Position numbers and translations under genes: made by a program | Notes under the pieces: model-generated | The model's database searches: none | What the model was told of the DNA's origin: nothing | What the model saw: the letters and a program-made list of their open reading frames with translations, nothing else | Shown: in pieces, positions 17,006 to 27,860 of the stretch | Layout: each line of letters opens with the position of its first letter | How positions within the stretch are numbered: position 1 is the stretch's first letter | Origin: Micrococcales bacterium | GTDB taxonomy: Bacteria; Actinomycetota; Actinomycetes; Actinomycetales; Microbacteriaceae | Reading direction: 5' to 3' | DNA: 54,700 bases | Assembly: GCA_947489235.1 (NCBI GenBank) | Contig: CANLDE010000001.1 | Span: 1-54,700 of the forward strand

Positions 17006-19656
17006 AGACCGCTGAGATCAAAAAGAGATGGCTTGAATTCTTTGAAAGCAAAGATCACCAAGTAGTTCCAAGTGCTTCGCTTATTAGCGAAGATCCTTCT
17101 TTGCTATTTACTGTTGCAGGTATGGTGCCTTTTATCCCGTACATGACTGGCTTGATTCCAGCTCCATACAAAAGAGCAACCAGCGTACAGAAGTGTGTTA
17201 GAACGTTAGACATTGAAGAAGTAGGTAAAACCACTAGACACGGAACCTTCTTCCAGATGAACGGAAACTTCTCGTTCGGTGACTACTTCAAGCGTGAAGC
17301 AATTTCTTATGCCTGGGAATTTCTAACCAAGTCAGTTGACGATGGCGGACTTGGTTTAGACAAAGACAAACTCTGGGTCACTGTTTTTCAAGACGATGAA
17401 GAAGCCATTGCATTGTGGTTGGACTTATCCGATGTTCCAGTCGAAAGAATTCAACGCAGAGGCATGGCAGATAACTATTGGTCAACAGGTCAGCCAGGAC
17501 CAGCTGGACCATGTTCAGAAATTTACTACGACCGCGGACCTGCATACGGTCTCGAGGGTGGCCCTGTTGCTGATGAGAACCGTTACATAGAAATCTGGAA
17601 CCTTGTCTTCATGCAGTACGAGCGTGGACTTGGCATAGGAAAAGACAACTTCGAGATTCTTGCTGAGCTACCAAGCAAGAACATTGACACCGGTATGGGT
17701 CTTGAACGTGTTGCGTTCTTGATGCAGGGTGTTGAGAATCTCTACGAGATAGATCAGGTAAGACCTGTTCTTGATTTAGCTGCTGAACTTTCAGGTAAAA
17801 CATACGGAGATAATACGGACGATGATGTTCGCTTGCGTGTTGTAGCCGATCACGTTCGAAGTGCTTTGATGCTCATCGGTGATGGAGTATCACCGGGTAA
17901 CGATGGTCGCGGCTATGTGCTTAGAAGATTGCTTAGAAGAACTGTGAGAGCGATGCGTCTTCTTGGTGTGAACGAACCTGTATTCGGAAAGCTTTTCCTA
18001 ACTTCCAAAAACGCTATGGTTGACGCTTATCCAGAGCTTGAGAACGAGTATTCAAGGATCAACACAACTGTTTTGGCCGAGGAAGAAGCTTTCCTTCGCA
18101 CACTCACCTCAGGAACACAGGTTCTAGAAACTGCTATAAATGCTGCCAAGTCTTTAGGAGCTAAAGAGCTTGACGGGGAAACAACATTCCTATTGCACGA
18201 CACTTACGGATTCCCAATCGATCTAACTGTTGAAATTGCTGAAGAATCTGGTCTCACAGTGGACAGAGAATCGTTTACTGAACTTATGAGTGAGCAAAGA
18301 AATAGAGCAAAGGCAGACGCGAAGCAAAAGAAAGCTGGAAACACTGACCTGTCTGTTTACGGTGATTTCCGTATGCAAGGTGTGACAACTTTTACTGGCT
18401 ACGAGGAACTCGAGTCAACAGCAAAAGTTATTGGACTAATCCTTGATGGACAGCAAGTAAGTTCAGTCCCAGCTGGTTCAATCGTTGATGTGATTTTAGA
18501 TAGAACAAGTTTCTACGCAGAATCAGGTGGACAAAGTGCTGATGCCGGAGTTATCTTCGGTGATGGTTTTGAACTTGAAGTTCTTGATGTTCAGAAGCCG
18601 GTTAGGGGACTTGTGTCACACAAAGCCATTGTTCGCAAAGGTGAGTTCGGTGTTGGTAGTAGCGTTACTACTTCAGTTGATCCAGACTGGCGTATCGGAG
18701 CAGCTCAAGCTCACTCAGCAACTCACGTGGTGCACGCAGCTCTTCGCCAAGCACTAGGACCGACAGCCTTGCAGTCAGGTTCATACAATAAGCCTGGCTA
18801 CATGCGTCTAGATTTCTCTTGGACAGCAGCGCTAAGCGCTGAGACAAAGTCAGAGATTGAAGAGATTTCTAATTTAGCTATTCGTGCAGACCTTGCAGTT
18901 TCAGCTTCATTCATGTCTCTGCCGGAAGCTAGAACATGGGGAGCGGTAGCACTCTTTGGTGAGACTTATGACGAGAGTGTGCGTGTAGTTCAAATCGGTG
19001 GTCCATGGTCGAGAGAACTCTGTGGTGGAACTCACGTTTCGAGAAGTTCTCAAATTGGTTTGGTTTCAATCACTAACGAATCTTCAGTTGGTTCCGGATC
19101 TAGAAGACTTGAAGCCTTGGTTGGTATGGAGGCCTTACATGCTCTTACGCAAGAACGAGTGTTGCTTCACAAAATAGCTGACCAACTCAAGAGCACTCCA
19201 CTTAATGCAAGTGACCGACTTGAAGTGCTTCTTTCTGAAGTTAAAGACATGCAAAGAGAGTTATCAGTTGTTCAAGCACAGCAACTTTCGCTCCAGATTC
19301 CTTCTCTCATGTCATCTATGCAGTTGGTTTCAAAGTTCAGCGTCGTGGCTGCAGAAATAGCAAATGTATCTAACGTTGACACACTAAGAGATCTTTCAAT
19401 CAAGGTAAGAGATCAGATTGGCGACACTGCCGGAGTCGTAGCTCTTGGCGCTGTAGTCGATGGAAAGCCAGCAGTTATTGTCACACTCAATTCCAAGGCA
19501 CAAGCAACAGGAGCTAAAGCCGGTGATCTAGTTCGTCTAGCTTCACAGATTCTTGGTGGTGGCGGTGGAGGTAAAGCTGACATTGCCCAAGGTGGAGGCA
19601 CTGACGCTAGCAAGATGACCGAAGCACTGGTTGCAATTACAGAGAGCCTCCGCTAA
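17002..19656 (+). CDS. alaS: Alanine--tRNA ligase
   Basis: LLFTVAGMVPF, HGTFFQMNGNFSFGDYFK, EIWNLVFMQY, IDTGMGLER, HSATH and ELCGGTHV editing motifs, GGGGGK...AQGGG. Confidence 0.99.
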   Translation: MKTAEIKKRWLEFFESKDHQVVPSASLISEDPSLLFTVAGMVPFIPYMTGLIPAPYKRATSVQKCVRTLDIEEVGKTTRHGTFFQMNGNFSFGDYFKREAISYAWEFLTKSVDDGGLGLDKDKLWVTVFQDDEEAIALWLDLSDVPVERIQRRGMADNYWSTGQPGPAGPCSEIYYDRGPAYGLEGGPVADENRYIEIWNLVFMQYERGLGIGKDNFEILAELPSKNIDTGMGLERVAFLMQGVENLYEIDQVRPVLDLAAELSGKTYGDNTDDDVRLRVVADHVRSALMLIGDGVSPGNDGRGYVLRRLLRRTVRAMRLLGVNEPVFGKLFLTSKNAMVDAYPELENEYSRINTTVLAEEEAFLRTLTSGTQVLETAINAAKSLGAKELDGETTFLLHDTYGFPIDLTVEIAEESGLTVDRESFTELMSEQRNRAKADAKQKKAGNTDLSVYGDFRMQGVTTFTGYEELESTAKVIGLILDGQQVSSVPAGSIVDVILDRTSFYAESGGQSADAGVIFGDGFELEVLDVQKPVRGLVSHKAIVRKGEFGVGSSVTTSVDPDWRIGAAQAHSATHVVHAALRQALGPTALQSGSYNKPGYMRLDFSWTAALSAETKSEIEEISNLAIRADLAVSASFMSLPEARTWGAVALFGETYDESVRVVQIGGPWSRELCGGTHVSRSSQIGLVSITNESSVGSGSRRLEALVGMEALHALTQERVLLHKIADQLKSTPLNASDRLEVLLSEVKDMQRELSVVQAQQLSLQIPSLMSSMQLVSKFSVVAAEIANVSNVDTLRDLSIKVRDQIGDTAGVVALGAVVDGKPAVIVTLNSKAQATGAKAGDLVRLASQILGGGGGGKADIAQGGGTDASKMTEALVAITESLR

Positions 19657-20139
19657 TTGCTTAGAACTGGCAGACGTTTGGCTGTCGACGTAGGTAAAGC
19701 GCGTATAGGTCTTGCCATTACTGACATCCATGCAATCTTGGCATCTCCGCTAGCTACTGTTTCTAGGTCAGCAGAAACCCAAGTTTCAATTGATGAAGTG
19801 CTGGCCCATGCTGCAGAGCAAGGCGAATTACTAGAGATCTATGTTGGAGTACCAGTCAACCTTCAGGGTTTAGTTACCGAATCAACCAAGGATGCTGTTG
19901 AATTCGCTGAGCAATTGGGTGCATCAACAGCAATTGAAGTGCTTCTTGTAGATGAGCGAATGACTACATCTATTGCTAATTCTCAACTTCTTGAGATAGG
20001 TAAAAGCCAGAAATCCGCTCGAAGCACAATAGATCAAATGGCTGCAGTAGCAATCCTTGAATACGCTTTAACTATAGAAAGAAACGGTTCTCAAAGACCA
20101 GGTTTGCCCGTTAGTCAATGGAGGGAAAAGTATGAGTGA
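19657..20139 (+). CDS. ruvX: RuvX/YqgF nuclease (pre-16S rRNA processing/Holliday junction resolvase family)
   Basis: LAVDVGKARIGLA, VGVP, VDERMTT, IDQMAAVAILE. Confidence 0.93.
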   Translation: MLRTGRRLAVDVGKARIGLAITDIHAILASPLATVSRSAETQVSIDEVLAHAAEQGELLEIYVGVPVNLQGLVTESTKDAVEFAEQLGASTAIEVLLVDERMTTSIANSQLLEIGKSQKSARSTIDQMAAVAILEYALTIERNGSQRPGLPVSQWREKYE

Positions 20140-21214
20140 CCCACAGTACTTATCCCGCCGAGATTTACGTAAGCCACGAATCAGACCACTTAGGTTACTT
20201 GCTCTTATAGCTGTGGTGGCTCTTGTTATTGGTTCGCTTGCATTCGTGAACAGAGTTGCTATTCGTGGTATCTATGAACAGATAACAGGTGCTGAATACA
20301 GCGGTGAGGGTTCAACAATAACTAATGTGATTATCTCGCGTGGCGATGTTGGTACTGACGTTGCTAGGAAACTAGTCGAGGCAGATGTAACAAAGAATTA
20401 CGACATAACTCTAAGAAGTATCTATTCAGCCAACCCAACTTTTTTCCCGGGCACGTACAAATTACCCAGTCAGATCCCTTCGACCAAAGCCATCGAGTAT
20501 CTGGTCGACCCACGCAATGCGATTACTAATCGAATCACCATACGAGAAGGATTGCGTATCAACTCCGTCTTTGAGCTATTGGCATCTGACACTGGCATAC
20601 CAAAAGAAAACTTTGCCTCGGCTGCAAAAGACTTAAGTGCCTTTGGGATTCCTAAAGTTGCTCCTTCGCTTGAAGGATATCTGTTCGCTGCTACATATGA
20701 GTTTGATCCTTCATACACTGCCCAAGAAATTCTAAACGTGATGGTAAATAGAACCAAGGAGCAGCTGTTGGGAGACGGCGTCAAAGAAAAGGATTGGCAC
20801 AAAGTTCTAACATTGGCTTCAATAGTTCAACGTGAGGCCAGACAAGAGCAAGACTTCTACAAGGTTTCTAGAGTGTTCCTGAATCGGATAAAAATCAACA
20901 TGCCTCTTCAGTCAGACGCAACCGTATCTTATGGCGTTGGTGGTAATACTTTTCAAACCTCAGCTGCTGATCGTGCTGATCAAAACCTTTACAACACTTA
21001 CGTACATGCAGGGCTTCCTATTGGTCCAATCTCTGGTGTCGGAGCGTTAGCAATAGATGCTGCGTTGAACCCAGCCGAAGGTAACTGGCTGTATTTTGTT
21101 TCTGTGAACCTAAAAACAGGTGAAACCGTTTTTAGCGACACATTCGCGCAGCACGAAGAAGCAGTTCGTGTATGGATTAGATGGCTCAAAGAAAACCCGG
21201 ACTGGAATGACTGA
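20132..21214 (+). CDS. mltG: Endolytic murein transglycosylase MltG
   Basis: N-terminal TM, LEGYLFAATY, LASIVQREA (catalytic Glu), LQSDATVSY, YNTYVHAGLPIGPI, WLYFV. Confidence 0.95.
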   Translation: MSDPQYLSRRDLRKPRIRPLRLLALIAVVALVIGSLAFVNRVAIRGIYEQITGAEYSGEGSTITNVIISRGDVGTDVARKLVEADVTKNYDITLRSIYSANPTFFPGTYKLPSQIPSTKAIEYLVDPRNAITNRITIREGLRINSVFELLASDTGIPKENFASAAKDLSAFGIPKVAPSLEGYLFAATYEFDPSYTAQEILNVMVNRTKEQLLGDGVKEKDWHKVLTLASIVQREARQEQDFYKVSRVFLNRIKINMPLQSDATVSYGVGGNTFQTSAADRADQNLYNTYVHAGLPIGPISGVGALAIDAALNPAEGNWLYFVSVNLKTGETVFSDTFAQHEEAVRVWIRWLKENPDWND

Positions 21215-22010
21215 TAAGAAATTTGCCGTCCTGGGAGATCCAATAGATCACAGCATGAGCCCGGCTATACACCTATCTGCATACAAAGTGTTGGGGCTTG
21301 ACTGGGGATATGAGAAAGTTCAGGTTCACTCTGGTGGGCTCAATGAATTCGTTGCACACCAAGGGGCTCACTTCCAGGGATTCAGTGTCACGATGCCATT
21401 GAAAGCTGAAGCAGCTGCCTTGGCAGCTAACGCTGATCCGCTTGTGCAAAGGCTTGGAATAGCAAACACGTTAATTCGCACAGCTAGCGGTCTCAACGCT
21501 TTCAATACAGACGTGTTTGGTATAACTAAAGCACTTGAAGATTGTTGGGTTACAAATCCACAGAGAGTAGCAATTCTTGGGGCAGGTGCCACAGCTAGAT
21601 CAGCTATTTTGGCGCTCCATGTAAAAGCACCTTCTTCGCATGTATCTGTTTACGTTAGAAGCAGCTCGAATACTTCTGAGATTACCGATCTAGCAAAGAC
21701 TCTAGATTTGGACATCTATGTTCAAAGCCTTTCAGACTTCAGCGATTCCCAAGATCTAACAATTAACACCATCCCGGGGAAACATAGTGTTACCTCTTCT
21801 GACAAGCAATCGGGTTGGCTGCTAGATGTCAACTATTCAAACCCAGACAAAACGCTAAACGAGCTATTTGACACCTTGAAAGTAGTTTCAGGGAAAGACA
21901 TGTTGCTTTGGCAAGCTATTGCTCAAATAAGACTTTTCATCGCACTAGATGCATCAAAAGAGCTTCCAAACGAGGTTGATGTATTACGCGCTATGTCGGC
22001 TGCGCTTTAG
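21207..22010 (+). CDS. aroE: Shikimate dehydrogenase
   Basis: VLGDPIDHSMSPAIH, SVTMPLK, NTDVFG, GAGATARS. Start moved from 21120 to the ATG at 21207 that overlaps the mltG stop. Confidence 0.92.
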   Translation: MTDKKFAVLGDPIDHSMSPAIHLSAYKVLGLDWGYEKVQVHSGGLNEFVAHQGAHFQGFSVTMPLKAEAAALAANADPLVQRLGIANTLIRTASGLNAFNTDVFGITKALEDCWVTNPQRVAILGAGATARSAILALHVKAPSSHVSVYVRSSSNTSEITDLAKTLDLDIYVQSLSDFSDSQDLTINTIPGKHSVTSSDKQSGWLLDVNYSNPDKTLNELFDTLKVVSGKDMLLWQAIAQIRLFIALDASKELPNEVDVLRAMSAAL

Positions 22011-22042
22011 TATTCGAGCCATAATGTGCGAGAATGGCCTGT

Positions 22043-23242
22043 ATGTTACGTTGGCTGACCGCAGGTGAATCACATGGACCTTCCCTGACCGCTGTTATTG
22101 AGGGATTACCTGCCGGCATTGAGATAAGCACCTTAGATTTAGCTGAGGCTCTAGCCAGAAGAAGACTCGGCTATGGCCGAGGAGCCAGAATGAAGCTAGA
22201 ACTAGACGAGGTTTCATTTACTGGTGGTGTGCGTCACGGTAAGACCATGGGCGGGCCTGTTGCTATATCTATCGCAAACACGGAGTGGCCAAAATGGGAG
22301 CAAGTTATGTCTCCGGACGTGGTTGAGGCCGACAAACTAACTGGCGCAAGGGCAGAAGCCCTAACTAGACCAAGACCTGGTCACGCTGATTTTACTGGAA
22401 TGCAAAAGTATGGATTCCTAGATAGCAGACCTGTGTTAGAGAGAGCTTCTGCAAGAGAGACAGCAGCTCGTGTAGCCCTTGGGGAAGTTGCTTCAGCATT
22501 CCTTAGGGCGTTAGACATCAAACTTGTTACCCACACTGTTGCTCTTGGAACAGTCCAGTCTCCTAATGATGTAGCACTTCCAAGACCTGAGGATGTTAAC
22601 CGTTTAGATGAAGATCCTCTAAGAGCATTCAACCCCGAGCTAAGTGCCGCTATGGTAGCCGAGGTTGATCTAGCTCACTCTGAAGGCGACACCTTGGGTG
22701 GTGTTGTTGAAGTTCTTGTTTACGGGCTCCCACCTGGCTTAGGTTCATTTGTTCATTGGGACAGAAGACTCGATAGTCAACTAGCTGGAGCTCTCATGGG
22801 TATTCAGGCCATCAAGGGTGTTGAAGTCGGTGACGGCTTTGAATCTGCTCGCAGAAGAGGTTCACAAGCTCACGACGAGATCGTTATTGGTTCAAGTTCC
22901 GATGTTGAAAGACTCACTGATAGAGCCGGAGGCATTGAAGGCGGCATGAGTAACGGCGAAATTCTTAGAGTAAGAGCCGCGATGAAGCCAATCTCAACTG
23001 TCCCTCGAGCACTTCAAACTATTGATGTTGTTACCGGCGAACAGGCTAAAGCACACCATCAGAGATCAGATGTTTGTGCTGTACCAGCTGCTGGAGTAGT
23101 TGCTGAGGCAATGGTTGCTCTTACCATTGCTAATGCTGTTTTAGCAAAGTTCGGTGGCGACTCAATCCAAGAGACCAAACGTAACATGACCAGCTACTTA
23201 GACGGCATTCCAGATACCTTGCGATCCAAAATCGCTAGGTAG
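22043..23242 (+). CDS. aroC: Chorismate synthase
   Basis: [59 protein letters not shown]. Alternative ATG at 22034. Confidence 0.97.
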   Translation: MLRWLTAGESHGPSLTAVIEGLPAGIEISTLDLAEALARRRLGYGRGARMKLELDEVSFTGGVRHGKTMGGPVAISIANTEWPKWEQVMSPDVVEADKLTGARAEALTRPRPGHADFTGMQKYGFLDSRPVLERASARETAARVALGEVASAFLRALDIKLVTHTVALGTVQSPNDVALPRPEDVNRLDEDPLRAFNPELSAAMVAEVDLAHSEGDTLGGVVEVLVYGLPPGLGSFVHWDRRLDSQLAGALMGIQAIKGVEVGDGFESARRRGSQAHDEIVIGSSSDVERLTDRAGGIEGGMSNGEILRVRAAMKPISTVPRALQTIDVVTGEQAKAHHQRSDVCAVPAAGVVAEAMVALTIANAVLAKFGGDSIQETKRNMTSYLDGIPDTLRSKIAR

Positions 23243-23244
23243 TC

Positions 23245-23742
23245 ATGCTTAATCGTCCAGTAGTTCTCATTGGCCCAATGGGTGTTGGCAAGACTACTAT
23301 TGGTAAAAAACTTGCTAAGCGACTCGAAGTTCCTTTTGTTGACACAGATGTACTTATTACTAACGCCCACGGCGAGATTCCAGGGATCTTCGAGAATCAG
23401 GGCGAAGCAATGTTTCGCACTTACGAGGAGAAAGCTCTAAAGGTTTCTTTGACAGCAAACCAAGTTGTTGCAACTGGTGGTGGTGCTGTTCTAAGTGGTG
23501 AGAACCAGAGAGCGCTAGAAGCTGCAACGGTTATCTACCTATCTACTAATGGATTACACATGCGAGCTCGTCTCTCCAACGGCAACAGACCTCTACTGAA
23601 AAACGGAATGACTGACTGGAAAGAGATATACGAATCTCGCAAACCGCTGTATGAAAGATTAGCCACATTTGAGATTGATACATCCGCAGCGGGTCTAGGG
23701 AAGATTATTGACACAATCTGCGAGAAACTAGAGACACTATGA
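23245..23742 (+). CDS. aroK: Shikimate kinase
   Basis: GPMGVGKTT, DTD, GEAMFR, TGGGAV, RPLL, RKPLY. Confidence 0.96.
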   Translation: MLNRPVVLIGPMGVGKTTIGKKLAKRLEVPFVDTDVLITNAHGEIPGIFENQGEAMFRTYEEKALKVSLTANQVVATGGGAVLSGENQRALEAATVIYLSTNGLHMRARLSNGNRPLLKNGMTDWKEIYESRKPLYERLATFEIDTSAAGLGKIIDTICEKLETL

Positions 23743-24812
23743 CAATCAGACTCAACGCCAAAGGCCAGCCAGGCTATGAAGTACTCATCGGGCGAGGTTT
23801 GTTGGATGAACTCAACAGCGAATTAGGGGATTCTGTTCGTAAGGTTCTACTTGTCTACCCAGAAGGTATGCAAGCCAGTGCCGAACTGGTTGCCGACACT
23901 CTAATTGCAGATGGCAAGCAGGTTTGGCAGCTACCTGTTGCTGATGGTGAAGATGCCAAAACTGATAGATGGTTATCGATAGCCTGGTCATCACTTGGAC
24001 AGGCAGAGTTCTCAAGATCAGACGCTGTTGTCACTTTAGGTGGCGGAGCAACTACTGATCTTGGTGGATTCATCGCTGCCACTTGGCTTAGAGGTATATC
24101 AGTAGTGCATGTGCCAACAACACTTCTGGCAATGGTCGACGCTGCTATTGGTGGCAAGACAGGAATCAACACCATTGAAGGCAAGAACCTGGTCGGAGCT
24201 TTTCACGAGCCTAAAGCTGTCTTAGTTGACCTTGACACCTTGGAGACACTTCCTAAATTGGAATTGATTTCTGGTTTTGGTGAAATCGTGAAGTGTGGTT
24301 TCATCGCTGACCCAGTTATTTTGGATTTGATCGAGCAAGACGTAAACGATGCTAGAGATATTCGTTCCGAGAGATTTGCTGAATTGGTTCGTCGCACTAT
24401 TGGGGTTAAGACTGATGTGGTGGGTTCTGATTTCAAAGAATCTAATCGTAGAGAGATCCTGAATTATGGTCACACTCTTGGTCATTCAATAGAGCTTGTT
24501 GAGCACTTCAAATGGCGTCACGGCAGGGCAGTGGCTATTGGATTGGTTTTCGCGGCAGAGTTGGGAAGACTAAGTGGTCGCCTGTCTGATGAAGTTGCGG
24601 ATAGACACAAGAGCATCTTGGCGTTACTAGACCTCCCAACAACCTATCCAGGCGATAGATGGGAATCCCTCTACACAGGCATGCAGGTTGACAAAAAGAG
24701 CCGAGGCGGCATTCTGCGCTTTGTGGTGCTAGATGGCTTAGCCAAACCTGGCATATTGGAAGCTCCAACCAAGGAATTGCTATTCACGGCATTCCAAGAG
24801 ATTGCAGAATAG
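23739..24812 (+). CDS. aroB: 3-dehydroquinate synthase
   Basis: GGGATTDLGGF, PTTLLAMVDAAIGGKTGIN, KNLVGAFH, LNYGHTLGHSIE, HG, DKK. Confidence 0.97.
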   Translation: MTIRLNAKGQPGYEVLIGRGLLDELNSELGDSVRKVLLVYPEGMQASAELVADTLIADGKQVWQLPVADGEDAKTDRWLSIAWSSLGQAEFSRSDAVVTLGGGATTDLGGFIAATWLRGISVVHVPTTLLAMVDAAIGGKTGINTIEGKNLVGAFHEPKAVLVDLDTLETLPKLELISGFGEIVKCGFIADPVILDLIEQDVNDARDIRSERFAELVRRTIGVKTDVVGSDFKESNRREILNYGHTLGHSIELVEHFKWRHGRAVAIGLVFAAELGRLSGRLSDEVADRHKSILALLDLPTTYPGDRWESLYTGMQVDKKSRGGILRFVVLDGLAKPGILEAPTKELLFTAFQEIAE

Positions 24813-24828
24813 AAAGTAAGTTTGAAGC

Positions 24829-25263
24829 ATGACTAAAGTACTTGTGTTGAATGGACCAAACCTTAATCGCCTTGGCTCAAGAGAGCCTGATGTGTATGGC
24901 ACAGATTCATATACCGATCTTGTTTCTCAGGTGACTTCGCTTGCTGCCTCCCTGAGCCTTGATGTTGATGTTAGACAGACAAATGATGAGAGCGAACTGG
25001 TGTCATGGTTGCACGAAGCAGTTGACACCAAAAGCCACGTAATCCTGAACCCTGCTGCCTTTACGCACTATTCATATTCACTTAGAGATGCCTGCGCCAT
25101 GGTCACAAAAGAGGGGCTTTCGTTGATTGAGGTACACATCTCAAATCCGCATGCACGAGAAGAATTTAGACACAACTCAGTAATTAGTGGAGTAGCAACA
25201 GGGGTTATCGCAGGCTTTGGCCTGAATTCTTACTTGTTAGCCCTTAGGCAACTAAGCCACTGA
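24829..25263 (+). CDS. aroQ: Type II 3-dehydroquinate dehydratase
   Basis: [42 protein letters not shown]. Confidence 0.97.
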   Translation: MTKVLVLNGPNLNRLGSREPDVYGTDSYTDLVSQVTSLAASLSLDVDVRQTNDESELVSWLHEAVDTKSHVILNPAAFTHYSYSLRDACAMVTKEGLSLIEVHISNPHAREEFRHNSVISGVATGVIAGFGLNSYLLALRQLSH

Positions 25264-25309
25264 TAAACTGCTACAGGCCGTTTGGCCAAATAATTACAGC
25301 GAGGCAAAA

Positions 25310-25873
25310 ATGGCAACAAGCAATGATCTAAAAAACGGCATGGTACTAAGCATGGATAACCAGCTTTGGGCTGTCATCGAATTCCAGCACGTAAAGCCAG
25401 GTAAAGGTCCTGCTTTCGTTCGCACCAAGTTGAAGAACGTCATCAGTGGCAAAGTTATTGACCGCACTCTAAATGCCGGCGTGAAGATTGAAGTAGCGAT
25501 TGTTGATAAGCGTGAGATGCAGTACCTATACAACGATGGCGATGGCTACGTGTTTATGGACACCAAGGACTATGACCAGATGACTCTTTCTCAGGAGCTT
25601 GTCGGCGATGCAATCAACTACTTACTAGAGAACCAGCAGGCAATCGTTGCTATTCACGAGGGTTTTCCAATCTATGTTGAAATGCCACCTTCAGTTGTTC
25701 TTGAGATCACTTTCACTGAGCCTGGTCTTCAGGGTGATAGATCTAGCGGAGGCACTAAGCCTGCAACTGTTGAAACAGGTTTACAGATTCAGGTGCCGCT
25801 GTTCGTTGAGCAGGGTACCAAAGTTAAGGTTGACACTAGAACTGGTGAATACCTCGGCCGAGTTACTGACTAA
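25310..25873 (+). CDS. efp: Translation elongation factor P
   Basis: [43 protein letters not shown]. Confidence 0.98.
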   Translation: MATSNDLKNGMVLSMDNQLWAVIEFQHVKPGKGPAFVRTKLKNVISGKVIDRTLNAGVKIEVAIVDKREMQYLYNDGDGYVFMDTKDYDQMTLSQELVGDAINYLLENQQAIVAIHEGFPIYVEMPPSVVLEITFTEPGLQGDRSSGGTKPATVETGLQIQVPLFVEQGTKVKVDTRTGEYLGRVTD

Positions 25874-25876
25874 TCC

Positions 25877-26296
25877 TTGAGCTCGAGAACTAAGGCTAGA
25901 AAAAGAGCGATTGACGCTCTTTACGCAGCCGAACTCAGAGACGGCATGGCGACAGAGTTATTAGAGGCATCCAAAGAACAGGTATCAGATAGACAAAATC
26001 AAGATGAGATCTTTGATTTCGCTATGGAGTTGGTCGCAGGTGTTCTAAGCAACCAAATAGAAATCGATGAAATCCTTTCTAACGTTGCCCAGAACTGGAC
26101 TCTTGACCGCATGCCAGCCTTGGACAGAGCAATACTCAGGTTGGCCATTTATGAGATCTCTTTTGGAACAGCAACCCCAGCAGAGGTAGTAATCAGTGAA
26201 GCCGTGGCTCTAGCTACTGAACTAAGTACCGAAGATTCTCCTGCTTTTATCAATGGTGTCTTGGCAACTGTTGCCGCGACTCGCAAACCAATCTAG
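25877..26296 (+). CDS. nusB: Transcription antitermination factor NusB
   Basis: RTKARKRAIDALY, WTLDRMPALDRAILR, EAVALA, FINGVL. Confidence 0.95.
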   Translation: MSSRTKARKRAIDALYAAELRDGMATELLEASKEQVSDRQNQDEIFDFAMELVAGVLSNQIEIDEILSNVAQNWTLDRMPALDRAILRLAIYEISFGTATPAEVVISEAVALATELSTEDSPAFINGVLATVAATRKPI

Positions 26297-26336
26297 CCAG
26301 TAGGTAGATAACTGCACTAGAATCTTAGAAACAACA

Positions 26337-26371
26337 TCCTTTAAAGGCGTCCTGTGAGGCGCAGAAGGAGG
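26337..26371 (+). promoter_or_regulatory. PyrR-binding RNA element overlapping the pyrR Shine-Dalgarno
   Basis: TCCTTTAAAG-GCG-TCCTGTGAGG-CGC-AGAAGGAGG contains the CUUUAA and UCCNGNGAGG signatures of PyrR binding loops. TCCTT pairs with AAGGA of the SD. Putative -10 TAGAAT at 26318-23. Confidence 0.88.
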
Positions 26372-26376
26372 TGGGC

Positions 26377-26916
26377 GTGAGTTCACGCACCGTCTTAGAC
26401 GCTCAGGATATTGAGCGAGCTATAGTCCGCATCTCTCATGAGATCGTTGAAGCCAACCAGGGCACATCAAATCTTCTTATTTTAGGCATTCCTACACGTG
26501 GTGTTTTTTTAGCCAATCGAATAGCCCAGTCAATAGCAAAGAATTACCCCGACTTTGATCTAATTACTTCTGTCGGCAAACTCGATGTGACCATGTTCAG
26601 GGACGACCTCGCATCACGTCCTAGTAAGCAAGTCACTGCAACCTTTATTCCAACCCAATCCCTAGAGAATCTGACAGTTGTTCTAGTTGACGATGTTCTA
26701 TTTAGCGGCAGAACAGTTCGTGCAGCACTCGACGCCTTGGTCTCCTACGGAAGACCAAAAGCTGTGCGCCTAGCAGTTTTAGTTGATAGAGGTCACAGAG
26801 AACTTCCTATCAGAGCAGATTTTGTTGGGAAGAACCTGCCTACAAGTTTCTCGGAGCGGATCTATGTAAAGCTCACTGAAAGTGACGATGAGCAGTCAGT
26901 GGTGATCGAGCAATGA
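26377..26916 (+). CDS. pyrR: Bifunctional pyr operon regulator/uracil phosphoribosyltransferase PyrR
   Basis: [64 protein letters not shown] at 26377 is properly spaced from SD AGGAGG, whereas 26371 is too close. Confidence 0.96.
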   Translation: MSSRTVLDAQDIERAIVRISHEIVEANQGTSNLLILGIPTRGVFLANRIAQSIAKNYPDFDLITSVGKLDVTMFRDDLASRPSKQVTATFIPTQSLENLTVVLVDDVLFSGRTVRAALDALVSYGRPKAVRLAVLVDRGHRELPIRADFVGKNLPTSFSERIYVKLTESDDEQSVVIEQ

Positions 26917-27860
26917 AGCATTTACTAAGCGCCGGCGATCTCTCACTGGATCAGACATTAGAGATATTGAATCTTTCACTAGAGATGCAAGGTGTTAATT
27001 CTCGCGATGTGAAGAAGCTTCCTGCGCTAAATGGTCGTACTGTTGCCAATCTCTTCTTCGAAGATTCAACCCGTACTAGGTTTTCATTTGAAATTGCTGC
27101 CAAGCGGTTATCAGCGGATGTTGTTAACTTCACCGCTAAAGGTTCATCTGTGAGTAAAGGTGAATCACTCAAAGACACCGTGCTAACCCTAGAAGCAATG
27201 GGAATTGAAGCACTCATAGTTCGTCACCATCACAGCGGAGCAGCAAACACAATTGCTCAAGCTGATTGGTCTAAAGCAACTGTCATCAACGCTGGTGATG
27301 GCACACACCAACATCCAACTCAGGCTCTAACAGACGCTCTAACAATCAGACAATCACTCAAGGGCTTGAAAGATACCGGAGACCTAAAAGGTATCCGCGT
27401 TCTCATTGTTGGCGACATTCTTCACAGTCGCGTAGCACGCTCAAACATTGATCTCCTGAAGACACTAGGCGCTTATGTTGCATTGGCAGGTCCAGCAACA
27501 CTTCTACCTTCGTCAGCAACTTCACTTGCTGATGAGATTTACCACAATCTAGATGAGGCCCTTGCCTCAGGGTTTGATGTCGTGATGATGCTTCGTATGC
27601 AGATGGAACGTATGAATTCATCTTTTGTGCCAAATGCGATTGAATATTCAACGCTCTGGGGATTATCGGCAGTGAGGTTCTCAGGTTTGAATTCTTCAAC
27701 ACTAATAATGCATCCAGGACCAATGAACCGAGGATTAGAGATTTCATCAGAGGCAGCTGACTCGTCACAATCAAGGATTGTTGCTCAAGTTGCTAATGGT
27801 GTTGCAGTTCGCATGGCAGTTCTATATAAGTTACTAGCTCAAGAATCGGGTGCTAAATGA
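26913..27860 (+). CDS. pyrB: Aspartate carbamoyltransferase catalytic subunit
   Basis: [58 protein letters not shown]. Confidence 0.97.
   Translation: MKHLLSAGDLSLDQTLEILNLSLEMQGVNSRDVKKLPALNGRTVANLFFEDSTRTRFSFEIAAKRLSADVVNFTAKGSSVSKGESLKDTVLTLEAMGIEALIVRHHHSGAANTIAQADWSKATVINAGDGTHQHPTQALTDALTIRQSLKGLKDTGDLKGIRVLIVGDILHSRVARSNIDLLKTLGAYVALAGPATLLPSSATSLADEIYHNLDEALASGFDVVMMLRMQMERMNSSFVPNAIEYSTLWGLSAVRFSGLNSSTLIMHPGPMNRGLEISSEAADSSQSRIVAQVANGVAVRMAVLYKLLAQESGAK

Noticed and set aside
17915-17942. Direct repeat TGCTTAGAAGA x2 in alaS
   Set aside because: It simply encodes the conserved AlaRS YVLRRLLRR motif.
21120-21206. N-terminal extension of aroE in the ORF track, and similar extensions of pyrF (33435) and hisF (43679)
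   Set aside because: These are longest-ORF artefacts overlapping the upstream genes. Family-like sequence begins at 21207, 33594 and 43745.
25275-25290. GGCC-GTTT-GGCC mini-hairpin in the efp leader
   Set aside because: A 4-bp stem with no U-tract is too weak to call a terminator or regulator.
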